Origin: a virus
Taxonomy: Duplodnaviria; Heunggongvirae; Uroviricota; Caudoviricetes
Length of the DNA stretch: 15,611 bases
IMG/VR virus record: IMGVR_UViG_3300029733_000039
Coordinates: 1 to 15,611 of that record
Direction: 5' to 3' (one strand)
Numbering within the stretch: the stretch's first letter is position 1; every line of letters begins with the position of its first letter. Both the position numbers and the translations under genes were made by a program. The notes beneath the pieces are model-generated. The model did no database searches. It was given only the letters and a program-made list of their open reading frames with translations, and had not been told where the DNA came from. This document shows, piece after piece, positions 6,866-13,612 of this stretch.

Positions 6866-7086
6866 TCCGGAATATTTTCAAACGGTTTACCAATCATACT
6901 TTCCGTTGTCCTCGTCCGGGTCAGTGGTACACCACGCCTGCAGGGCATGTTCTACGTGTTAGCCTGGTTGACCGTGAATGTCAGAAGGTGGTTTGTGAAC
7001 CGCTGGGCCGTAATTACCGCGTCAGTATGCCGCTTATAGCCTTTTGCTCCGGAAAAATGTTTAAGCGTCTGGGAGGTGTGGCGTGA
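6862..7086 (+). CDS. Hypothetical small protein, 74 aa
   Basis: ATG overlaps the stop of the Rha ORF (ATGA). Cys-containing (possible small metal-binding protein); no recognisable family. Confidence 0.45.
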   Translation: MIRNIFKRFTNHTFRCPRPGQWYTTPAGHVLRVSLVDRECQKVVCEPLGRNYRVSMPLIAFCSGKMFKRLGGVA

Positions 7087-7382
7087 ACTGTTTTCAGTTT
7101 GTGTGCGGATGTGCTTTCGATAACCCGATTCAGCGCCTGATTATGTTGCGTGTTTTGATGTCGGGTTCTTCAGACGGTGAAGGCGAGAGAGTTATTGATC
7201 ATCAGGTGCTTGCTGATTTCTGCTGTTGTTCTAAGCAAGCGATATTCAGGGAAACCCTGGCACTGGAAAGAGCTGGTTATCTTCATATCCGAAAAATTGC
7301 AACGCTTACTATTGATGCAAAAGCCAGACTACAACCTGCGCGTGGCTACACAATTCTCATGCTGCGGAAGGAGGTTGTATGA
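7083..7382 (+). CDS. Hypothetical small protein, 99 aa, possible helix-turn-helix
   Basis: GTG start overlapping the upstream stop (GTGA). Its stop overlaps the O-like ATG (ATGA). Weak HTH-like segment (QAIFRETLALERAGYLHIRK). Confidence 0.45.
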   Translation: MNCFQFVCGCAFDNPIQRLIMLRVLMSGSSDGEGERVIDHQVLADFCCCSKQAIFRETLALERAGYLHIRKIATLTIDAKARLQPARGYTILMLRKEVV

Positions 7383-8386
7383 GCCGTTACGCCCCCACAC
7401 CGGAAGTTATGGCTATTGGTCAAATTAATATTTCCGGCAATGTTACACCTGCGACCTGGTGGAAATATATTCGACTACCCAGTGGGCGTCCGGATGCGAC
7501 GGCTATCGCTCTGCTTTCAGAGATCGTTTACTGGTACCGCCCGACAGAGGTCAGGGATGAGCACACCGGAGCGTTGCTGGGATATCGCAAGCGTTTTCAG
7601 GGCGACAAACTGCAAAGAAGCTACCAGGCGTTTGCTGAGCAGTTTGGTTTCGGGAAAAGGGAAACCGCAGATGCGCTGAAGCGTCTGCGCGATGCAGGGT
7701 TTATTACTCTGGATTTACGCACGGTGGAAATGCTCGATGGGGTGAAATGCAGCAATATTTTGTTTGTCGGGATCAACCCACAGGCAATTGCGGCCATCAC
7801 CACACCTTCTTCTGTTTCGCCAGAAAGTAACAGCAATAATGCAATCAGCGATACAGCTATTACGTTAAAACGGAACACCCCCCGACGTCATAACGGAACA
7901 GGGGATACGCCGAATGTTGATACAAATACAGAGATTACTACAGAGATTACTACAGAGATTACTACAGAGATTACAACGGAGACTAAAAACACTATTGGCG
8001 CATCCGCTGACGCGTCTGCACCAGCGCGTTCTGCCAGACAGGAATATTCACCGGAATTTGAACAGGCCTGGCAGGAATATCCCAAACGTGCTGGTGGTAA
8101 TTCAAAATCCGCCGCTTTTAAAGCCTGGAAAGCCCGAATCAGGGAAGGTGTGACACCCGAAACCATGCTCGACGGTGTGAAACGCTATGCCGCCTGGGTG
8201 CGTGTCTCTGGAAATACCGGTACCCAGTTCGTGAAGCAGGCGTCGACGTTCTTTGGTCCGGATCGTCATTTCGAAGAATCCTGGGAAGTTCCTGCGGTAT
8301 CTGCAGTCAGACGCGAGGACCCGTACTTCAAATCCAGTTACGACAACGTGGACTACAGCCAGATCCCGGCAGGATTCAGGGGGTGA
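7379..8386 (+). CDS. Replication initiator (lambda O-like / replisome organizer) with internal iteron-encoded TEIT repeats
   Basis: 335-aa ORF in the O position of the PR operon. The central linker TEITTEITTEITTEITTE is encoded by tandem 12-bp repeats, as with the iteron-bearing origin inside lambda O. Synteny corresponds to CPS-53 yfdO, which is a fragment in K-12. Confidence 0.7.
   Translation: MSRYAPTPEVMAIGQINISGNVTPATWWKYIRLPSGRPDATAIALLSEIVYWYRPTEVRDEHTGALLGYRKRFQGDKLQRSYQAFAEQFGFGKRETADALKRLRDAGFITLDLRTVEMLDGVKCSNILFVGINPQAIAAITTPSSVSPESNSNNAISDTAITLKRNTPRRHNGTGDTPNVDTNTEITTEITTEITTEITTETKNTIGASADASAPARSARQEYSPEFEQAWQEYPKRAGGNSKSAAFKAWKARIREGVTPETMLDGVKRYAAWVRVSGNTGTQFVKQASTFFGPDRHFEESWEVPAVSAVRREDPYFKSSYDNVDYSQIPAGFRG
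7928..7975 (+). repeat. Four tandem 12-bp direct repeats (ACAGAGATTACT), candidate origin iterons
   Basis: Perfect or near-perfect 12-bp repeats at 7928, 7940, 7952 and 7964, with a degenerate fifth. They lie inside the O-like gene. Confidence 0.6.
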
Positions 8387-8388
8387 TC

Positions 8389-8877
8389 ATGAGTCTGTTA
8401 AATGACGTTCAGAAATTCATTGAAGCCCATCCGGGGTGTACTTCCGGAGACATTGCGGATGCTTTTACAGGTTACTCACGGCAGCGCGTTCTGCAGTCAG
8501 CAAGCAAGTTACGTCAGAGTGGGCGTGTGGCTCACCGTTGTGAAGGAGATACACGCAGACATTTCCCGCGCCTGACTGAGAGAGCGCAGGAACCGGAACC
8601 ACAACCAGTTCGTGAAACCAGACCTGTGCGCAATTTCTATGTCGGCACTAACGACCCGCGGGTGATTTTGTGCCTGACCCGCCAGGCTGAAGAACTGGAG
8701 TCCAGGGGCTTATACCGTCGTGCTGCAACGGTGTGGATGGCGGCATTCCGTGAAAGCCACTCCCAGCCAGAACGAAACAATTTTCTGGCACGTCGTGAGC
8801 GGTGCTTACGGAAAAGCAGCAAGCGCGCTGCATCGGGTGAAGAGTGGTATCTGTCAGGGAATTTCGTGGGGGCTTAA
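8389..8877 (+). CDS. YfdN-like phage protein, about 162 aa
   Basis: The track ORF starts at GTG 8383; the preferred start is ATG 8389, which has an AGGGGG RBS. The start region overlaps the O-like stop. Its TAA overlaps the next ATG (TAATG). Function unknown; the C-terminal region is Arg-rich. Confidence 0.55.
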   Translation: MSLLNDVQKFIEAHPGCTSGDIADAFTGYSRQRVLQSASKLRQSGRVAHRCEGDTRRHFPRLTERAQEPEPQPVRETRPVRNFYVGTNDPRVILCLTRQAEELESRGLYRRAATVWMAAFRESHSQPERNNFLARRERCLRKSSKRAASGEEWYLSGNFVGA

Positions 8878-9530
8878 TGAGTAATAAATATTGCCAGGCG
8901 CTGGTGGAACTGCGGAACAAACCAGCCCATGAACTGAAGGAAGCGGGCGATCAGTGGCGCACGCCGGACAACATTTTCTGGGGAATTAACACTCTGTTTG
9001 GCCCGTTTGTTCTGGATCTGTTTACTGACGGTGATAACGCCAAATGTGCTGCGTATTACACGGCGGAAGACAACGCGTTGGCGCATGACTGGTCAGAACG
9101 CCTTGCGGAGCTTAAAGGTGCTGCCTTTGGTAATCCCCCATACAGCCGCGCCAGTCAGCATGAGGGGCAATACATCACCGGCATGCGTTACATCATGAAG
9201 CATGCCAGTGCCATGCGTGATAAAGGCGGGCGCTATGTTTTCCTGATCAAAGCTGCCACCAGCGAAGTGTGGTGGCCGGAAGATGCAGATCATATTGCTT
9301 TTATTCGCGGGCGTATTGGTTTTGAACTGCCTGCCTGGTTTATCCCGAAAGACGAAAAGCAGGTGCCAACAGGTGCTTTCTTCGCTGGTGCTATTGCTGT
9401 TTTCGACAAGACCTGGAAGGGAGCGGCAATCAGCTACATCGGGCGCGATGAACTTGAGGCATGTGGTGAGGCATTTCTGGCGCAGGTTCGCCAGCAGGCG
9501 GAAAAACTGGTCAGGGAGATGGCGGCATGA
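8877..9530 (+). CDS. Phage N6-adenine DNA methyltransferase (Dam-like, YfdM-type)
   Basis: Contains the catalytic motif GNPPYS (NPPY). Start ATG 8877 is coupled to the upstream stop. The track ORF 8844 is an N-terminal over-extension. Confidence 0.8.
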   Translation: MSNKYCQALVELRNKPAHELKEAGDQWRTPDNIFWGINTLFGPFVLDLFTDGDNAKCAAYYTAEDNALAHDWSERLAELKGAAFGNPPYSRASQHEGQYITGMRYIMKHASAMRDKGGRYVFLIKAATSEVWWPEDADHIAFIRGRIGFELPAWFIPKDEKQVPTGAFFAGAIAVFDKTWKGAAISYIGRDELEACGEAFLAQVRQQAEKLVREMAA

Positions 9531-9853
9531 CGACATTAACTCAATGCCAGCAGCAGGTGCTGGATATGCTGATTTCTTATCAGAAAGAACGTGGCTTCCC
9601 GCCAACCAATCAGGAGGTGGCAACCATGCTGGGATACCGTTCGGTGAATGCAGCGGTGGAGCATCTTCGCGCACTGGAGAAAAAAGGTGTCATCACGATA
9701 AAGCGTGGCGTGGCCCGGGGTATCACTCTTCATACCGCGGTGAAGGACGACGACAGCGAGGCGGTCGGGATTATCCGCGCCCTGCTTGCCGGTGAGGCAA
9801 ACGCCAGGCTGCGTGCAGCCCACTGGTTACATGAGAGGGGCCTGAAAGTATGA
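9527..9853 (+). CDS. LexA N-terminal DNA-binding-domain homolog lacking the S24 cleavage domain, 108 aa
   Basis: The N-terminal 70 aa aligns by eye with the E. coli LexA winged-HTH domain (MTTLTQCQQQVLDML...GFPPTNQEVATMLGYRSVNAAVEHLRALEKKGVI versus MKALTARQQEVFDLI...[34 protein letters not shown]). There is no Ser-Lys protease domain. ATGA overlaps on both sides. Confidence 0.7.
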   Translation: MTTLTQCQQQVLDMLISYQKERGFPPTNQEVATMLGYRSVNAAVEHLRALEKKGVITIKRGVARGITLHTAVKDDDSEAVGIIRALLAGEANARLRAAHWLHERGLKV

Positions 9854-10245
9854 AGCTAATACTGCCTTTTCCGCCCAGCGTGAACACGTACTGGCGACAC
9901 CCCAACAAAGGGGCGTTTGCTGGTAAGAGCCTGATAAGCGCGGCGGGGCGAAAATTCCAGAGCGCGGCGTGTGCAGCAATAGTTGAGCAGTTACGTCGTC
10001 TGCCGAAACCAACGTCGGCACCTGCTTCAGTGGAGATCGTGTTGTTTCCTCCGGATAACCGGATCCGCGATCTGGACAACTATAACAAGGCGCTGTTTGA
10101 CGCCCTGACCCACGCGGGTGTGTGGGAAGACGACAGCCAGGTGAAAAGAATGCTGGTGGAGTGGGGACCGGTTATCCCGGAAGGGAAGGTCGAGATCACT
10201 ATCAGTAAGTACGAAAAAGCGAGTTGCAAATTAGCAACTCGGTAA
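9850..10245 (+). CDS. rusA: RusA-family Holliday junction resolvase
   Basis: 131-aa protein with the RusA core (RIRDLDNYNKALFDALTHAGVWEDDSQV, matching the conserved acidic residues). Last gene of the coupled operon. Confidence 0.85.
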   Translation: MKLILPFPPSVNTYWRHPNKGAFAGKSLISAAGRKFQSAACAAIVEQLRRLPKPTSAPASVEIVLFPPDNRIRDLDNYNKALFDALTHAGVWEDDSQVKRMLVEWGPVIPEGKVEITISKYEKASCKLATR

Positions 10246-10290
10246 CGGAATTGAGCAACACCCTAAATTTGGGTATTACCTCGTTAAAGA

Positions 10291-10310
10291 TACTGTATTT
10301 ATGAACAGTG
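10291..10310. promoter_or_regulatory. LexA box (SOS operator) upstream of the KilA-N / DUF968 / Q gene block
   Basis: TACTGTATTTATGAACAGTG fits the consensus TACTG-(TA)5-CAGTA, with CTG and CAG at canonical spacing. It lies in the 160-bp intergenic region after rusA. A candidate promoter is TTGAGC (10252..10257), 17-nt spacer, TATTAC (10275..10280). Confidence 0.6.
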
Positions 10311-10407
10311 TATCCTTGATAACTATTAAAAATCGCAGTAAGTTCATCCTGCATCAACGAAAAGGGAGTGCAGTCCCGCTCGTGGATAAAAATTTGTGGA
10401 GAAACCA

Positions 10408-11223
10408 ATGAATCAGTTGCTTGTAATTGATGGCGTTTCTGTGCGCCAGTACTTCGAATCTAACTACTGTCTTAACGACCTTCAGAAAGCTGCTCTTCTT
10501 GCCGCTGGTGAGAATCGCTCCTCCCGTTCGCTGGAAGTTCACGAGTTTATGCGTCGTCCTGAAACGAAGGCTCTTGTGGAATTATTGGAAGAAGAAACTA
10601 CGGGAGATTCCCGTAGTATTCCTGTCATCACCATTCAGGGGCGCAATGGTGGGACGTATGTCTGTAAAGAGCTGGTCTATGCATATGCAATGTGGATCAG
10701 CCCGGCATTCAGCTTAAAAGTGATACGTACTTTTGATGCGCTTCATAATTCATCACCAGAAGAAACCACATCCGACAAAATTAAATCCGGGGTCATTCTG
10801 CTTGAATCAGCAGCAAAGACTCTAAATCTGTCAAACTCCTCGAAACTTGGTGCATACCAGAAATTATCAAAGGTAGCTGGTCTTCCTGAACTTATGCCGA
10901 TCTATGCCATTGATGCACCTGCTGATGCGCCAGATGGTTCAAGCCGCCCTACGCTGTCGCTGAGTGCACTGCTGAAGCAGTATGGTATCCGCCTGACGGC
11001 TAATCAGGCATATCACCAGATGGCGAAGCTGGGGATCGTTGAACAACGCGAACGATACAGCCGTACCGCGATTAACAACATCAAAAAATTCTGGTCGCTG
11101 ACAGCGAAAGGCTGCATGTTCGGCAAGAACATCACCAGTCCTGCAAATCCGCGCGAGACGCAGCCGCATTTCTTCGAATCCCGATTCCCTGAGCTGTTAA
11201 AGCTGCTCGATACCGTTCATTGA
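10408..11223 (+). CDS. KilA-N domain protein (antirepressor-like / DNA-binding)
   Basis: N-terminal KilA-N-like region (VCKELVYAYAMWISPAFSLKVIRTFD). Preferred start is ATG 10408, with a GGAG RBS 7 nt upstream. The track start 10396 is less likely. Confidence 0.65.
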   Translation: MNQLLVIDGVSVRQYFESNYCLNDLQKAALLAAGENRSSRSLEVHEFMRRPETKALVELLEEETTGDSRSIPVITIQGRNGGTYVCKELVYAYAMWISPAFSLKVIRTFDALHNSSPEETTSDKIKSGVILLESAAKTLNLSNSSKLGAYQKLSKVAGLPELMPIYAIDAPADAPDGSSRPTLSLSALLKQYGIRLTANQAYHQMAKLGIVEQRERYSRTAINNIKKFWSLTAKGCMFGKNITSPANPRETQPHFFESRFPELLKLLDTVH

Positions 11224-11224
11224 G

Positions 11225-12220
11225 GTGACCGTGAGAGCACTACTGACCCCTGAAATCGCCCCGCGTATGGGGATCGTATTGTTCAGGCCAGGTTCAGAGC
11301 TGATGCCCCTGTTTATGCAGGGGCGTGTCCTGCTGGAGCCTGAGCCGGAACGTTATTCATCTTTTGCCAGTGGTGCCGTTCCGGCATCATCACAACCGCT
11401 GGCGGATGATCCTGCCGTTCGGGCCGTGTTCCGCCATGAGGCGGTGATCCGTCGTGCTGGTGGCGTGGAATGCCTTGAGAGCTGGTTACTTCGTGAAAAG
11501 GGCTGTCAGTGGCCTCATTCCGACTGGCACAGCGAGAACATGACCACAATGCGGCACGCGCCAGGCGCAATCCGTCTGTGCTGGCACTGTGACAATCTTC
11601 TCCGTGACCAGTTCACGGAACGGCTGGAAGCAATGGCAACGGATAACTGTGCCCGCTGGGTGTTGTCTGTTGTGCGCCGTGATCTTGGTTTTGATGACAG
11701 TCACGTTGTGACAATGCCGGAACTGTGCTGGTGGCTGGTTCGTAATGACCTGGCGGATGCTTTACCGGAAAGTGCAGCCCGTAAGGCCCTGAGATTACCG
11801 AAGCCTGTTTTGCCGTCTGTCACCCGGGAGAGTGACCTTGTACCTTCGGTTACTGCCACCAGTATTATCCGGGATAAAGCGAAAAAGGTGCTGGCGCTGA
11901 AAGTGGATCCGGAGTCGCCGGAGTCTTTTATGTTACGCCCCAAACGTCGTCGCTGGGTTAATGAAAAGTACACTCGCTGGGTTAAGACGCAGCCGTGTGC
12001 ATGTTGTGGAAAGCCAGCTGATGATCCGCATCATCTGATTGGTCACGGCCAGGGTGGTATGGGGACAAAAGCGCATGATCTCTTTGTGTTGCCTTTGTGC
12101 AGAAAACACCATGACGAACTGCATGTGGATACCGTGGCATTTGAAGAGAAGTATGGTTCCCAACTGGAGCTGATATTTCGTTTTATCGATCGCGCACTGG
12201 CGATTGGTGTGCTGTCCTGA
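11225..12220 (+). CDS. DUF968-family phage protein (YdfU-like) with C-terminal Cys/His cluster
   Basis: 331-aa ORF with GTG start. The C-terminus (CACCGKPADDPHHLIGHG ... CRKHHDELH) looks like an HNH / zinc-binding motif. Family assignment is from memory. Confidence 0.6.
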   Translation: MTVRALLTPEIAPRMGIVLFRPGSELMPLFMQGRVLLEPEPERYSSFASGAVPASSQPLADDPAVRAVFRHEAVIRRAGGVECLESWLLREKGCQWPHSDWHSENMTTMRHAPGAIRLCWHCDNLLRDQFTERLEAMATDNCARWVLSVVRRDLGFDDSHVVTMPELCWWLVRNDLADALPESAARKALRLPKPVLPSVTRESDLVPSVTATSIIRDKAKKVLALKVDPESPESFMLRPKRRRWVNEKYTRWVKTQPCACCGKPADDPHHLIGHGQGGMGTKAHDLFVLPLCRKHHDELHVDTVAFEEKYGSQLELIFRFIDRALAIGVLS

Positions 12221-12237
12221 TTTTGTGGAGAAAGTTG

Positions 12238-12630
12238 ATGCGTGATATTCAGATGGTTCTTGAACGCTGGGGGGCATGGGCGGCAAGTGGTAACACCGGG
12301 GTGGACTATTCTCCGATAGCTGCTGGATTTAAAGGCCTTTTACCATCCACCGCTAAACCTCGCCCGGCCTGCAGCGATGATGACGGCCTTATCATCGAAA
12401 ACTGCCTTACGCGCCTGAAGAAGAAAAAACCGGACGAGTATTCGCTGCTGGTAGCTCATTATCTGCTGCGCATATCAAAAAGGCAGATTGCCAGAACAAG
12501 AAAGAAGAGCGAAAAGGCAATACGAATTGAGATGCAGATTGCTGAAGGATTTATTGACGGATGTCTGTCGATGCTGGGTGTAAGGCTGGAGATGGACGAC
12601 TGGCTGCCCAAAAAAGTAAAAAATGATTAG
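12238..12630 (+). CDS. Late-gene antiterminator Q (phage 21/82-type, QuuD-like)
   Basis: The N-terminus MRDIQMVLERWGAWAA... matches the characteristic start of Q antiterminators of this type as recalled. ATG 12238 has a GGAG RBS. The track TTG start at 12223 is less likely. A terminator follows. Confidence 0.75.
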   Translation: MRDIQMVLERWGAWAASGNTGVDYSPIAAGFKGLLPSTAKPRPACSDDDGLIIENCLTRLKKKKPDEYSLLVAHYLLRISKRQIARTRKKSEKAIRIEMQIAEGFIDGCLSMLGVRLEMDDWLPKKVKND

Positions 12631-12690
12631 CGCGGTCCGCAAAAAGTATGTCAGTATGTTAAGAGTGGTTACTACGCCACACAACTTAAA

Positions 12691-12712
12691 CCCGCCGCCT
12701 GGCGGGTTTTTT
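12691..12712 (+). terminator. tR'-like intrinsic terminator downstream of Q
   Basis: CCCGCC-GCCT-GGCGGG followed by T6, about 60 nt after the Q stop, as expected for a late-promoter / tR' arrangement. The late promoter itself could not be pinned down. Confidence 0.7.
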
Positions 12713-12831
12713 ATGACTGAAATCGCATCAGTACAGTAAACGTGCTGGTGGTGAATACCTGTCTTTCAGCTTGCTGGCTTTTTAGACAAGAGTTATTGGT
12801 ATGTCACGTTAACCGGAAAAGGGAAAAAGAC

Positions 12832-13029
12832 ATGCTAAAACAGCAGGATATGACAGAAACCGCCAGAGTGGTGTTTAATGAATTAAGCGTCACCTACCCG
12901 GCGACAGTCGGGGAGATTGCGCAGAATACTTACCTTTCACGCGAACGCTGCCAGTTAATACTGACCCAGCTGGTTATGGCGGGTCTGGCAGACTATCAGT
13001 TCGGTTGTTACAGACGCCTTCCGCAGTGA
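12832..13029 (+). CDS. Small hypothetical protein, 65 aa, possible winged-helix regulator; cargo gene in the stx-equivalent position
   Basis: ATG 12832 follows a purine-rich stretch (AAGGGAAAAAGAC). The protein has an HTH-like segment (TVGEIAQNTYLSRERCQLILTQLVMAGL). Its stop lies inside a terminator hairpin. The track start 12742 is rejected as over-extended. Confidence 0.4.
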   Translation: MLKQQDMTETARVVFNELSVTYPATVGEIAQNTYLSRERCQLILTQLVMAGLADYQFGCYRRLPQ

Positions 13030-13040
13030 AGGCTTTTTTA
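13016..13040 (+). terminator. Intrinsic terminator at the end of the small cargo ORF
   Basis: GCCTTC-CGCAGT-GAAGGC followed by TTTTTT. Confidence 0.5.
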
Positions 13041-13358
13041 TTTGTGGTAAATGGGCGGCTGGTGGGTGTGGTGGTTGTTGCTTCCCCGTTGCTGAAAAAG
13101 AAAGCATCAGGCGATTAGCAGGGTATCAGTTACCCGTTGAAATTTTTAAATACCTCACAATTCAGGCGGTTGACTGTTGTCTGGTTTGCGGGGAGTTTGT
13201 TAAAAGAAACTGGCATGGTGAATCCCCCTGTGCGGAGGGGCAATCAGCAACTGGTGTTTTGTCACCGACCCTTATCCTTTCTGTGCGGGTTCAGGTGCTG
13301 ATACTGAACTCACCGGGAGGCACCCGGCACCATGCAATGGCACATAGCGCCACTCTCC

Positions 13359-13385
13359 AGCCCCTCTCCGGAGGGGCTTTCTTAT
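13359..13385 (+). terminator. Plus-strand intrinsic terminator in the non-coding cargo region
   Basis: AGCCCCTC-TCCG-GAGGGGCT followed by TTCTTAT. Confidence 0.5.
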
Positions 13386-13389
13386 GGAC

Positions 13390-13418
13390 AAAAAAAGCCC
13401 GCGCTGGGAGACGCGGGC
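13390..13418 (-). terminator. Minus-strand intrinsic terminator, convergent with the previous one
   Basis: On the minus strand: GCCCGCG-TCTCCCAG-CGCGGGC followed by U7. Confidence 0.5.
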
Positions 13419-13612
13419 GGCAAGGAATAAACAACAAAACGTGAAGTAATATTTCAGCTGGCGAATAATATCCGACAGTAATCACTCTGCGCAATAGCGC
13501 GGCCTTTTTCGTATTGCGGGCTGTAGTCTTCCTCCTGCCATTGTCCTGTAACTTCCGGACTTCAGCCCGTTCCCTCATCTGACTCACAACATTATCCCGA
13601 CCGGGAGGATTC

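Noticed and set aside
7888-8166. Candidate CRISPR-like or repeat-protein ORFs generated by the TEIT-encoding repeats (7888..8166 minus, 7914..8153 plus)
   Set aside because: The repeats are contiguous 12-bp tandem units with no spacers, so not a CRISPR array; the alternate-frame ORFs are by-products of the repeat.
8637-10079. Antisense ORFs within the YfdN-like, methyltransferase, LexA-like and RusA genes (e.g. 9093..9674, 9283..9795, 9536..9823, 9771..10079)
   Set aside because: They overlap genes with clear motifs (NPPY, LexA wHTH, RusA core) that are translationally coupled; GC-rich antisense frames stay open by chance.
12713-13612. Shiga toxin (stxAB) or tRNA genes at the Q to nanS-p junction
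   Set aside because: No ORFs of the size or character of stxA / stxB and no cloverleaf-compatible tRNA sequences were found in this interval.
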